DNA of 63,745 nucleotides, counting the filler, from Octopus bimaculoides (taxonomy: Eukaryota), in the NCBI RefSeq assembly GCF_001194135.2. It is 5 parts of 4 records of this genome, joined end to end, with 100 filler letters (N's around TTAATTAATTAA, not from the genome) between each part and the next. Parts side by side here need not be neighbours in the genome. Positions count along the whole stretch, not along the records: positions 1 to 14,298 come from NC_068997.1; positions 14,399 to 35,293 come from NC_068983.1; 3 more parts are not named here. The stretch is one strand, 5' to 3'. The notes under the pieces are model-generated. The model saw only the letters and a list, made by a program, of their open reading frames with translations, did not search any database and was not told the DNA's origin. The position numbers and the translations under genes were made by a program. How positions within the stretch are numbered: the stretch's first letter is position 1; every line of letters starts with the position of its first letter. Positions 10,880 to 23,360 of this stretch are shown in pieces.

Positions 10880-11330
10880 GTGTCGTATAACCAGCCCACT
10901 GAAAACTTCCTTGGATCGTAGGGCGACATGCGGTGCCTGAGGAGACCTATTGAGACAAATACATCAATATCAAATCAAATCAAATGGAAACTGTAGTAGT
11001 GATCCCCGTGCCTGTGGCACGTAAAAAGCACCACCCGAACGTGGCCGATGCCAGCGCCGCCTTGATTGGCTTCTGTGCCAATGGCACGTAAAAGGCACCA
11101 TCCGATCGTGGTCGAGGCCAACCCCCTCTGGCCCCTGTGCCAGTGGCATGTAAAAAGCACCCACTACACTCTCAGAGTGGTTGGCATTAGGAAGGGCATC
11201 CAACTGTAGAAACACTGCCAGATCAGACTGGAGCCTGGTGCAGCCTCCTGGCTTTCCAGACCCCAGTCGAACCGTACAACCCATGTCAACATGGAAAACG
11301 GACGTTAAACGATGATGATGATGATGATGG
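10880..11330 (+). mobile_element. SINE family D with about 3 internal GGCACGTAAAAAGCAC units and a (GAT)n tail
   Basis: Internal repeats of about 65 bp; 3' end ACCCATGTCAACATGGAAAACGGACGTTAAACG(ATG)n is typical of LINE-mobilised tails. Confidence 0.7.
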
Positions 11331-11899
11331 TGATTGCTCCACCAAATATTTGTCTTTAGGTTCAGTTATATCATATACAGAAGTTTGTATCTAAATTATA
11401 GTCGCTTTATTATCTTCTATTGAAAGAACTATTCCAGGACCAATTTCAAGAAAAATTACACTAATTATGTCGATCAGTTTGGTACGATGTTTGGGTTTGG
11501 TGGAAATATTGGATTTACTTTTTGTATTTTTGTGTTTGAGTTTGTGAATAACAGCAAGCTGGGTATTTTAAGAAGACGTTTGTAAATATAAACTGGATTT
11601 ATGGCATTACGAATATAAGTAAAATAAATACAAAATGGGCGAAGTGAAAAATATATGTACATCGATGTGTGCGTGTACACGCACGCACGCACACATGTTT
11701 TAGTGCGTGTGTGTGTGTGTGTGGGTGTGGGAAATGACAAACTCTTGATAAATCATCGCCATTTGTCTCTCGCGACTTTGTTTCGTCTCCCACCCCCACC
11801 ACCACAGTATCCACAAACCGCCATGTCATTTTCTCAGCCCCAATAACAGTCCAGTGATGCAGTCGCGCGCACACACACACAAACATGTACAGGTACACA

Positions 11900-11964
11900 T
11901 GCATGCTGCATAGGTGTAAAGTGAGAGACAGGGAGAATGAGAAAGAGAGAGATAGAGAGAGGGA

Positions 11965-12015
<51 letters not shown>

Positions 12016-12038
12016 AGAAAGAGAAGAAGAAGAAGAAG

Positions 12039-12069
<31 letters not shown>

Positions 12070-12480
12070 TTTTTCACTGTAACCGAAGCGGTTTTAAGCG
12101 CCGATTGTGTTTGTGTGAGGTTTGTGTAATGCGCACGTGCTTAAACGTGAAAGCTTTCGCACGTCGGGGCTGCGTTGATGCCATAAAGGGTTTCCCCTCA
12201 CCCTACCCCCTACCTCTTACCTTCTCGCAAATCACTTTCTCCTTCTCGTTACCATCACCGTCATAGCTGTCGTCGTCGTCGTCCTCCCCCTCTTCTTCCT
12301 CCTCCCCTTCATCATCTTCTTCTTCCTCCTCCTCCTCCTCCTCCTCAGCATCATCTTCCTCCTCCCCTTCTTCTCCTGCTGCTGCTGCTCTTCCTCCTCT
12401 TCACCCCCTCCTCCTCTCCTCCCATCATCATCATCCCAAGCCTATCAGATGAGGCATGAAGGCCATCACGTTGGACTGAT
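11900..12480. promoter_or_regulatory. Possible promoter/5' UTR-like block
   Basis: (GA)n and (GAA)n tracts, then a CpG-retaining unique stretch with CACGTG, then a long (CCT)/(CTT) tract. Compositional evidence only. Confidence 0.3.
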
Positions 12481-13947
12481 AGATGAATCGTTGTGGTGGT
12501 AGTGGTAGTGGTCGTCATATACAAGCTAAGGAAGTCGATCTTCTTTCTTTTTTTCCTTTTCTACGAGCAAGAAACATCTCTCATCGCATGTCTCAGTCGC
12601 TTGTATTTGGTCAACCACAATTCAATCTAAACGAGAATGCAAAGTTATTTAATTGTACTCACAGAGAAAAATATGAGTTAGGTGTGTTTTGTGCCAATGA
12701 AAATTAGTAACATAATAAGCGAAGAGAAATAACTGAAAACTGGGGTGAATTTGGAGTTGTTACATTGAAGGGCGATGAACAGAATGTGGTACACACCGCA
12801 TGGTGAATGGTGGAGCCCTTGACAACGGAAGGAGTCGTAAAGAGCACTGTCATTATATACAATGGCGAGCTTTGGGTATTTTAAACACGACGAAGCCCGT
12901 CTCTCACCCTCTCTAAGAGAGTGAAAGAGAGGGGGGGGCAGAGGAGATAATACTGCTGTACACCAGAAGTTGCAGTGTACCAGTGTGCAATACGTATTTT
13001 TAAAAACCAAATTAGTCGTGTGATCTTTCTCTGGATACAGTGTAAGATGTCTGTGTCGAAAGTCGTAAGATTGTCCCAATGTGTTTTGGATTGAAAAAAA
13101 AGCAACCTTTCCCAAACGTAAATATCCAAATTTAGAGAGAGCATTATGGAAAATTAATGAGAATTGTGAACTAAGTACCAAAATAATTAAACAACGGTTG
13201 CTGAATTAAGCACAAAATTAATATGTAGAAAATTGGAGCCGCCATTAATATACTTTTGGTAGTTATTTGATCAAGAATGGAAGGGAGATGAAAACTGTCC
13301 AGAAATGAAGAATTTTGCGTTTCCTGAAAAATCTTTAAATGCATACATTTAGAGTAAACTCTGGAGTACTGATGGCGCTGCTGTACTGCACCTCTGAATG
13401 TTGGAATCGATGTCTCATCAAACGATGAAGCAACTCTGAAGATGTTTCGCTTCCTTCCACTGCTACAACAGAGTTTCCCCGGAGCCACCAACCGATGGAG
13501 GCGACAAAACTCCTGCACGGCAACACGAGTTTTGTTGAGTCAGATGTTGTGACTCTGGGCCAGATGTTTCAGTCGTCTTCAGTGTTCGTTCTTGTTGTAC
13601 TAGTCGTCCTCTCTCTTGAACCAGATGTAATGGCTTGATTTTTCAGTGACTTCCAACAATTTTCTACTGACATCATTTCTTCCCTTCGCAGTTAGTCCAA
13701 AACTCCTGAGCATCAAGTGAACCTTGGTTCTAATAGATCCTCTAACGCCTTTCTCCGCAGGACGGCTTATTGCTTTCGTACAGTTCAAACCAACTCACTG
13801 TATTTTCTGTCTTTCCCGAAAAATCGTTTTCGATGTCCGTTTCCAAGTTCTACCGTTTCACCACCTTCTTTTCCTTGCACTACATGACAATAACATCGAC
13901 AAATATAACTTTTCATGTTGGTACAAAACCAAACATTTGTAAAGGAG

Positions 13948-14298
13948 TGTAGAAAAGTGGTTATACACCATTAGGTGTACACCGCTTCCGTACATTAAAT
14001 TTCTAGAAGAAACAACGGAACGCAGATTCTGAACTATCAACACAACAATATTTATTTACAGAGGAAATAGGCAGCACTTCGCCCTTTGGTTGCTGAGAAG
14101 CCATCAATGATGTTGAATGGTTATTTGTCTAGCTCCAGAGTTGGAATGTTGGAGAGAGCTGTCTCCAGAGTTGGAATGTTGGAAAGAGCTGTCTCCAGAG
14201 TTGGAATGTTGGAGAGAGGCTGCTTGTACGTCTGGGCTCTTCGTCGGTCGGCGAGAAAGAGAATGAATAAGGGCGCGAAGCTTGAATATCCAATGACC
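13948..14298 (-). mobile_element. Diverged solo or 3' LTR of the 4352-6015 family
   Basis: The reverse complement shares AATAAATATTGTTGTGTTGATAGTT..CTGCGTTCCGTT and ends CTACA at 13948. No PBS follows. The 5' part runs into a gap. Confidence 0.8.
14134..14218. repeat. 30-bp tandem repeat, about 3 copies, inside the LTR
   Basis: TCCAGAGTTGGAATGTTGGAGAGAGCTGTC at 14134, 14164 and 14194. Confidence 0.9.
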
Positions 14299-16949
14299 NN
14301 NNNNNNNNNNNNNNNNNNNNNNNNNNNNNNNNNNNNNNNNNNTTAATTAATTAANNNNNNNNNNNNNNNNNNNNNNNNNNNNNNNNNNNNNNNNNNNNGT
14401 AATTCAAACTGAAAACTAAGACGTTATCTAATAGCTATAGCGTTTTAAGCAAGAGTTCGCGCGAAAATACTACGTTAAAAAAGAACGTTAAAATAGAGAA
14501 TAGAATACGAAAGCATGAATGAAATAATAATACTTATATAAATGAATGAAAAATTTAAAATTTATATAACTAACAACATAAAAAGAACAAAAAACTATAG
14601 TTATCTTATAAAACATATTAATAAATATTAAATTCTAATATATAATAAATAAATAAAAATATTAATATTAATATAAATATATATATATATATATTGGCGG
14701 GAGTACTAAGGAAAACAGTAGGCGGTAAATAAAGAAGCAGACCTTTTCGAGTGTATGTGCAGAAGCGATGACAGAAAGAGAAGCGTGATTGAGACTGGTC
14801 AATGAAATCCTTGTGCGCTCGGCATTACCCACAAGCACATGCACACGCACACACACATACACATATATACATGACTGACGATGAGCTTCCGCATAGTTTC
14901 CATTTACGAAATTGTCCTCACAGGCGAAGCTACAGTAAAAGATATATTCCTAATGAGCCATGTAGTGACATCGAACACACAACCAAACAGTCTCAAATCT
15001 ACGTCCTTAACTACACAGTTAATGTACATAAGTATATATGCTACATCTTTATCTGTATGTTTTTTTCTAAAGATATTCTACAAAACTATTCTAATTCCAA
15101 GTAGTAATAGAGATCCAAATATTCTGGACTGAAAGCAATAGGCATAGATGTATACGCAACTACCATAAAAAAAATTACTTAACCCGTAACTTAAACAAGC
15201 TTTGCATGATATGAGCATCTACAACAAAATCGTAATACTCAAAGATAATAAGAACAAGCTATACAAACACGAAATTCCTAAGTCTTTAAAAAGATAACAT
15301 TCTTTAATTAATGATTAAGCTTAAAAGTTAATTAGTGTCGTAAATACACAAATAGCGATTCTTCCGTCCTCCAGTAGAGAAAAAAAATTCACTCTACGTT
15401 ATATGAGCTGAATTATACAAATTGTCAGAGAGATATTTCTCAAGATCAACAATACATAAACAACAAGTAATTAGAAAACAATAGTAATAAAGCAAACCCC
15501 AAAGAAATTAGCAATTAGTATATGATTTACACTACTGGCCGTCTTCTTTACCTCTTGTTTTTATTAGTCTTTTCAAAAGCATCAACTAAATTCTCCTAGT
15601 TTTTGCCAAGCGTTTATGTTGTTTGTTCCTCCATATTTTCCTATCACTTCACCGTTTGGAACATCGTTTAACATAGGTTCAAGGCCGGAAATCTTGAGAG
15701 GTGTTTAGTCGATGACATCGATCCCAGTCCTTTGTTTAGTCTTTATCGTATCGAACCTGGATGGACGAAAGGCAAAGTTGAGCTCACTGAGATTTGACTT
15801 CAGAATGTAAAGAGCCGAAACGAATACTGCAAATCGTTTTTTTCCGACGCTTTACCGATTCCACCAACCCAAATATTAAACAACGTGCACAGGAAATATA
15901 GAATATAGATTAATGCATTCTTAGAGATTGTGTACAAAAGAGATAGCCACCTAAATAAATAATTTGTGTAGCAATTATTGCCTGGCGTTTGTTTTATTTT
16001 AAGAATTTCTTTTCAGAGTGATTGTTTTACAGAGGAGACACTAAAAGTCCTCCTGGAGTGCCATTGTAGCAGAACAGCTATTCACTAACGTTTCTCTGGG
16101 GTATACAACTGATATGATACGGGAAAATGTTTACAAACTCTAGCATTGAGCCATCCACTCACACATCAAACATTATGAAGAAGTAAATACAGCTCCGCAT
16201 GACTATCTACAGGGCATTGAATGCAATGAAAGCAACGCTGTGGCTATGGGTTATCTGCTTGATCTCTCATTTGCAGTATTCTAGATGACCAGCTTCGAAA
16301 ATCTGGTCATAAAAGAATACAATATTACAATTCCTACCTGGTGCCTCGACAATATATTAATTCTGACAGACATATTAGAAAGTAGTGGACAGCATGAGGG
16401 TATGGCTGGGAAAATAAATCTATTCTGCACTTTAATATCCCAAATCGCTTAAGGCGACTCATTAACCTCCTTTTTTAGGCGTAAATACAGATATAATAAA
16501 TAATAAATAGATTACTTGTGTTTACACAAAGTATACAATTAATGGCTTTTAGATAAGTGACCATAGTGAATTCCCATATAAATATAAAACATTACTTGTA
16601 AAATCTTAATTCTGAAGAGTGATTTGATTTTCCTTAACAGATGAAGCACTACTATAAGAAGTTAATAAAATTAAACAAATGCTAATTCTTAATGGATATT
16701 TCAGATAATTAAGTAGAACCAATTATAGAATAGAATAGAAAGGAATTAAACAAAATAAGCCAAACAGATTCATGGGTGAGTTACACTAAACGAGCCACAT
16801 ACAAACCATATTACTTAAATGAAATAAAACCCTGTAAACGAAGATCTGATTAGATAGAAAATGCATACCATACGCAGTCACAAATTATCGTAAGCAATAC
16901 GATACAAATATATAAGATTTGAAAACACTTTGGGCGTTTTTAAGTACAT

Positions 16950-17620
16950 GAAGGCGAAGACTCTGGTGATGGTCACCGAAATAAAGACTTGTCTCACCTA
17001 TATACAATACATTGAAGATTTCGCATGTTATGCGGTATTTTAGCTACAACTGAAGCAGCTGATCCCGTTGACCATGACTTTGTATAAATGTGACTTGGGC
17101 TGATGAAGAGGCAAGTTTGGTGCCGGGAGTAGCAGAAAGGAAAAATTTCAGACTGACTGTGGATGGAAACAAAGGAAAATCAGCGAGAGAATTACATGGA
17201 AACTAATCCACGTTGATAAGGGGTAAATACCTCGAAACTAGTCTGTGGATGTTGAACCAGCAAGGGGAAGCTGATGACCTCCCCTGTTCGAAGGTTTTAA
17301 TGAACACAGGCTTGAGTATCACATAGCTAGAGGCGATAGTCTCTTGGAGCTAATCAACGGCAGTAATCGTCATCTTTTTCTGGGCTGCCATGTGATATGT
17401 AGTGTATTTATCACAGGTCCAGGAGAGGTTACTCTTCCTGCCAATGCTACTCTTATCCTTTGGCCTACAGGATAGGTACTCATGCATTGCTTTTGCTGGT
17501 GTGGTGGGTGCTTCTCCAAGCTTCTGTTTAGGTAGCCCTGCTTCCTTCGGGCTGCATGCGATAGTTGTACTTTCAGAGTACCTCCGCCTACCGTGAAGTA
17601 GTCCTCTCCCTACCGTGAAG
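16950..17620 (+). mobile_element. Possible Penelope-like or retrozyme-like remnant hosting a hammerhead
   Basis: GC-richer block around the 17206 hammerhead, with weak similarity to 3690-3990 (CTGTTTAGG-GC at a similar distance from the ribozyme). No protein motif recognised. Confidence 0.3.
17206..17250 (+). ncRNA. Minimal type-I hammerhead ribozyme (C3U/G8A variant)
   Basis: Stem I ATCCACG/TGTGGAT (7 bp); core TTGATAA; stem II GGGG/CCTC with a 6-nt loop; GAA; palindromic stem III ACTAGT; GUC cleavage site at 17243. Confidence 0.7.
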
Positions 17621-18944
17621 TAAAAGATAGTGGAATAAACGAAAGACTAACAAATTAAGTAAAAGAACAAAAGAATATATATATATTAATATGGGTGGGT
17701 AATTCGCAATTTTGCAACGTAAAGGGGGAAATATATACGTCACTAAAGTGAAGAAGGGCACTAATCAGCTCCAGTATTGCTAGAAATAAGAGTCAAAACA
17801 ATTCATATATATATATATATATATATATANNNNNNNNNNNNNNNNNNNNNNNNNNNNNNNNNNNNNNNNNNNNNNNNNNNNNNNNNNNNNNNNNNNNNNN
17901 NNNNNNNNNNNNNNNNNNNNNNNNNNNNNNNNNNNNNNNNNNNNNNNNNNNNNNNNNNNNNNNNNNNNNNNNNNNNNNNNNNNNNNNNNNNNNNNNNNNN
18001 NNNNNNNNNNNNNNNNNNNNNNNNNNNNNNNNNNNNNNNNNNNNNNNNNNNNNNNNNNNNNNNNNNNNNNNNNNNNNNNNNNNNNNNNNNNNNNNNNNNN
18101 NNNNNNNNNNNNNNNNNNNNNNNNNNNNNNNNNNNNNNNNNNNNNNNNNNNNNNNNNNNNNNNNNNNNNNNNNNNNNNNNNNNNNNNNNNNNNNNNNNNN
18201 NNNNNNNNNNNNNNNNNNNNNNNNNNNNNNNNNNNNNNNNNNNNNNNNNNNNNNNNNNNNNNNNNNNNNNNNNNNNNNNNNNNNNNNNNNNNNNNNNNNN
18301 NNNNNNNNNNNNNNNNNNNNNNNNNNNNNNNNNNNNNNNNNNNNNNNNNNNNNNNNNNNNNNNNNNNNNNNNNNNNNNNNNNNNNNNNNNNNNNNNNNNN
18401 NNNNNNNNNNNNNNNNNNNNNNNNNNNNNNNNNNNNNNNNNNNNNNNNNNNNNNNNNNNNNNNNNNNNNNNNNNNNNNNNNNNNNNNNNNNNNNNNNNNN
18501 NNNNNNNNNNNNNNNNNNNNNNNNNNNNNNNNNNNNNNNNNNNNNNNNNNNNNNNNNNNNNNNNNNNNNNNNNNNNNNNNNNNNNNNNNNNNNNNNNNNN
18601 NNNNNNNNNNNNNNNNNNNNNNNNNNNNNNNNNNNNNNNNNNNNNNNNNNNNNNNNNNNNNNNNNNNNNNNNNNNNNNNNNNNNNNNNNNNNNNNNNNNN
18701 NNNNNNNNNNNNNNNNNNNNNNNNNNNNNNNNNNATGTATAGGTGCATATCTGGGTACAGGACATTGCAAACAAAACGTAGACGAGAAAATACACAAACC
18801 ACATAGAGAACATTCTACTTCATCAGCTACCCCCATTTTAACACCGTCGTTTCGAAGAGCTATATATATATATATATGTAAATATATAAAAACAAAAAGA
18901 TAAAGAGAGCAAAGGTAAGGTTGGAGAATTATTTTATGGATAGA

Positions 18945-18993
18945 GTCTTACAGCTATTTCTGGGAAGATCCAGTACTTCCCTTCATCGGAGAC
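18945..18993 (-). ncRNA. Hammerhead-like motif (U4C core, A-A at the base of stem II)
   Basis: GTCT CCGATGA A GGGAAG-tactggat-CTTCCC A GAA ATAGCTGT A AGAC. Confidence 0.45.
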
Positions 18994-19082
18994 AAAAAAA
19001 TAAAGTAATCTATTATTATATTCATAGGCGGATATTTTTAGAATGAAGTGGTAAAGAGTGTGATGTGCTGAAAAAAGAGAGG

Positions 19083-19200
19083 CGACGGGCTTCTTTCAGC
19101 TTCCGTCTACCAAATCCACTCACAAGACTTTGATCGGCCCGAGGCTATAGTAGAAGACACTTGCCTAAGGTGCCACCCAGTGGGACTGAACCCGGAACCA
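19083..19200 (-). mobile_element. SINE family A fragment
   Basis: Matches the family A head and body. Confidence 0.8.
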
Positions 19201-19632
19201 GAAATCCCCAAAAGACGAAGAACAAACATAAAAAAAACAACAACGCTATGACGTGGTACATGTAACGACGGAGGAAATATATATATTCATCCCACTGAAC
19301 TCAATTACTATTAATCTTATTTTGTTGTATATCTTTATTTATATATATTTCTTGATTTCATTTGTATTCTCTCTTTTCCTTCTTCACCTTCTTCCTTCCT
19401 TCTTGTTGTTATTGTTATTGTTATGCTTCTTCCTCTTTTTTTCTTTTTCTTCTATATATATTATTTTCTTTGCCAATTTTTGTGACTATTTTCTTGTATG
19501 TATACTTGTCAGAAAAAAATCTTTTGCTATTTAAGCAACCAGTAAAACATACATTTTTCAGTTTGAAAATGGTTACTTGAAGCTCGAAACTCATATCAGA
19601 GTAACTCACTGTAAACATTATTATTAGATTTA

Positions 19633-19718
19633 GATACTTGCCCACGGTGCCACGCAGTGGGACTGAATCTGGAACCCTGTGGTTGGGAAGCAAGCTTTTT
19701 ACCACATAGCGACGCCTA
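19633..19718 (-). mobile_element. SINE family A head fragment
   Basis: tRNA-like head with a B-box-like segment. Confidence 0.75.
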
Positions 19719-20252
19719 TATATATGTACGTATGTAGATATGTACGTATGTATGTTTAAATGCGTTTATCAGTGTGTTTTTAACTGAGTATGTGTGTCTA
19801 TGTCCGAAATATATATATATATATATATCGGTGCATACATTAATTCGACACTTAGTTCTCTGGAGATACAGAAAGCAACGAACCTCAATCCATCAGCTAA
19901 AGATGACAGCGTAAGTCAAATGAACGTATTCTGAATTAATTTATTCAAACAACTTGTACGACACTGAAACTTAATTAACATTTCTTTTCCATTATTTAGA
20001 TTTATCGCTGAAAGTGGCTCTATAAGATACTTAAACAAGCCAACGTCCTTTCGAGGAAGGCAATCGCTTAAACAATTTATTTTCGTATACGTTTAAGGTG
20101 GTATGTAATTATAAATGAATTAATAGGTATTAATTGCAATATATACACTTATATATATATCTGACTTATACATATATGATTATAACTGCGTACATGTCTG
20201 TAAATGTGTATCCATAAATTAGCTATATACACGTGTATATATACTTATACAT

Positions 20253-20296
<44 letters not shown>

Positions 20297-20356
20297 CGTT
20301 TGTGTGTGTGAATAAGTAAGGCTATATGTAAATATACCCTTACGTGTAAATGCATA

Positions 20357-21208
20357 TAGAGGTCTGATCAATAAGTATAGGGATTGTTGCCATAGTAACA
20401 AAGCTAAAACAAGCAGAGTAAAGTCGCTTGGCAGGGATTCACATTGAAATATGTTGTGCATGAGTACTAAGTTTCAGCGTTCTAGCTCACATCCGCTGTT
20501 AAGAGCAGTGCTTGGAAGGAAGGTGTGTAGCATGTAATCGTTGCATTGACGATTATAGAGAAAGTTGTCATGGCGATATTTGCGCGAGGCCTACGCAAAG
20601 TTGCAGAAGGTGTATGGAGAGGATTGTATGAGCCGCACATAAGTGTACGGGTTCTTCAAACGTTTCAAAGATGGCCGAAAAAATGTCGATACTGACGAAC
20701 GTTCTCGGAAACCTGCAACCAGCAGGACTAAGAAAAAAATCGCAGATGTACCAGCAATTATGAGGGGAAATCCTCGAATTACCATCCGTAAGTTATCAGA
20801 GGATGTGCAGATTAGTTACGATTCAGCTTAGTCCATTATCACTGAAGATTTAGGTATGAGGCGCGTATCTTCCAAATTTGTGCTAAAACTGCTTTCGGCT
20901 GATCAAAAACACACTTGGGTTTCAGTTGCACAAGATCTTCTTGACTGCGTCGAGAACGTTGAAAACTTTTCGAAAACTCTGCGTAGGCCCCTGAGCAGGT
21001 ATCATCAAGCTCTTGGAAACATTTCAATCAAATTCTCTACTCAGCTTTCTCTGTCATGGTCAATGCGACGATCACGAGCAACACACGTTCCTTCCGAGCA
21101 CTGCTGCAAATAGTGGAAGTGAGCTAGAACGTTAACATTTAGTGCGCATGCACAGCAGAGTTCAAGGCCAATTTATTCTCCACGCTTTAGCTTCGTTACT
21201 ACAGCAAC
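20357..21208 (+). mobile_element. Mariner transposon derivative with N-terminal transposase remnant and an inverted copy of its 5' end
   Basis: TIR-like GAGGTCTGATCAATAAGTAT. HTH region VYGFFKRFKDGRKNVDTDERSRKPATS...ITIRKLSED..GMRRVSSKFVLKLLS. No DD34D domain. About 21020-21208 is the reverse complement of about 20385-20575. Confidence 0.85.
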
Positions 21209-21581
21209 AAATTTATACGCAAAGCAATAGGCGGCCTGAGACCATAGTAGAAGGTGCCAAGCAATGAGAGATATTTTGTAAAATTCTAAATTTCTCTGAA
21301 AGTGTAGGATTTGATTTGATGGAGACATTTGGCTGCTTTTCTCAGCAAATCAAGTAAAGATGTAGAAACAAAGTGAGTCAATTAAATGCCAGTATCTTAA
21401 TGCGATTTATTTAAAATAAAACTTACACTGCTTTCATTTTTGTTTTCTGTTCTTCCTTAATAACACCTGCCCACCCACACATACATTATATATATATATA
21501 CATTCATATATACATGTATGCACATATGTACGTACGATGTACATGCATATATTTATATATATATATATATGTGTGTGTGGC

Positions 21582-21617
<36 letters not shown>

Positions 21618-22459
21618 TGTATACATATAATTATACACATGTATGTGTGCCTGTGTGCATGTGTGTGTATGTATGTATGTATATATGTATGTGTATATAT
21701 AAATATCAATGCATAATAAAAAAGAACGTCAATAACAATAGTAACGGCGCTGTAAATGCAACAGCCTATTTCATCAAAAATTTACAAAAAAAAAATATCT
21801 AAAAAAACTATCTAATCTGTATTTTTTTTGTCCTCTCTGACTTTAAGCCAATAATTAAAATCCTTGTTAATAAGATATAAAACGAAGTCTTCGGTGCCGT
21901 TACAAATTGAATAAATAAAACTTTTGAAAAATTAAATACTTCGTGGCACTCGAGAAGCCATATTAATTAATCTTAAGATTTAACTCGATGTATGAGAATT
22001 TATTATGCAGCTATATTCAAAAATTAGCTTAAATAAGCTTTTGTGTGTGTGTGTGTGAATGTATATGATTTTTGTGAGCTCATATGTGGGTATCTGTATG
22101 ACTGTAAGAGTGTGACTACATGTGAGTGTTGCGTGTTGAGTGTGTGATTATATAAGTGCTTGCGTGTATGAATGTGTTTGTACGTATTTCTTTGTCTGTG
22201 AATTGATGACTGAATGAATTGAATGAAAGAGTATGAAAGAGTAGAGTCAATATGAGTAGAGCGCGCGTATGTGTGTGTGTATGTGCGATTATCTTTGAAA
22301 GGAAAACCTATAAAAGAGAACGAGAAAAAGAAAGATGTGTCCATGATTTTATAAAAAGCAAAAATATTTCGTTTCTTTTAATATGCTTTCCACTGATTAC
22401 GGATGTTTATAAATATGTCTATACAGAAGCAATAGTAACGAAATTACTGCCGGGCAACA

Positions 22460-22681
22460 ACGATGGTGATGATGATGGTAGTGGAGGAGGTGTTGTGATA
22501 GTGGTGGTGATGGTGGGGGCGGTGGGGTGGTAGTGGTGGTGCTGTTAGTGCTGGTAGTGGTGGTNNNNNNNNNNNNNNNNNNNNNNNNNNNNNNNNNNNN
22601 NNNNNNNNNNNNNNNNNNNNNNNNNNNNNNNNNNNGATGATGGTGGTGGTGGTGGTGGTGATGATGTTAATGATGATGATA

Positions 22682-22715
<34 letters not shown>

Positions 22716-23360
22716 CGACGACGATTAAGATGGTAGTGGTGGTGCTGTTAGTGCTGGTAGTGGTGGTGGTGGTGGTGGTGGTGGTGGTGGTGATAGTGGT
22801 AATAAAGAAGTCAAGGAAGAACAAATTAAAACTAAAAGTATCATAATGATGAGAAGGAGGAAGAAGGGGAGGAGGAGAAGGAAGAGGAGGAAGAACATGA
22901 CGAAGACGATGACGAAGACGATGACAAAGACGATTATGGTAATTATGATGACGACCATAATGGTGATGATTATGATGATGGTAATCATTTTGATAATGAT
23001 GATAATGATGATGCTCAGGCGGTGGAGAACAAGGAGGAGGAGGGGAGACTATGAAAATGATGATGGTGGTGTTTGTGGTGGTGTTGGTGGTGGCGTTGAG
23101 ATGATGGTGGTGATGGCTGTGGTGATGATGATGATGATGAGGAGGAGGAGGAGGAGGAGGAGGATGATGAGAATAGTAGCAATGACGACGATGCCTACGT
23201 TCGCTTATTCCTTCAATCATAAATGGCGAATCTTTTCTTTTTTTTTTTATCTTCCAACTTTCTCGCTATTTTCCTAAGTCTGCCGCACTTGTGTTTGTTC
23301 CTCCATCACCACCACCACCACCAAACTCACCACCACCACCACCACCACTACTTCCCCACC
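22460..23360. repeat. Compound trinucleotide microsatellite block (GAT/GGT/GAG/CAC)
   Basis: Directly visible; the source of spurious poly-His/Met/Ile ORFs. Confidence 0.9.

Noticed and set aside
12160-12170. CACGTCGGGG match to the tRNA-Trp 3' end
   Set aside because: Only 10 nt, with no adjacent LTR end or TGG; probably chance.
12221-12400. Acidic minus-strand frame (EDDAEEEE...VICEK) before a strong donor, considered as a coding exon
   Set aside because: It is built from (GAG/GAT)n repeats, with an upstream in-frame stop and no acceptor or ATG.
13335-13676. Minus-strand 113-codon frame with one in-frame TGA (13569-13571), considered as selenoprotein or read-through
   Set aside because: No redox motif or homology around the TGA and no SECIS recognised; a chance occurrence is likely.
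14343-14354. TTAATTAATTAA inside N runs (also at about 35338, 44744 and 61247)
   Set aside because: It sits in the middle of N runs (44 N + 12 + 44 N = 100 bp where counted, at 14.3 kb) and has stops in all six frames. It is an assembler gap linker, not biological sequence.
14873-14925. Other CTGANGA/GAAA combinations (also about 16962, 47244 and 49360)
   Set aside because: Stem I and/or stem II cannot be formed.
17777-18836. Long ORFs spanning N gaps (also 5348-5913, 40527-41615, 49727-50449, 62315-63393)
   Set aside because: Their length is made of X residues from unsequenced gaps.
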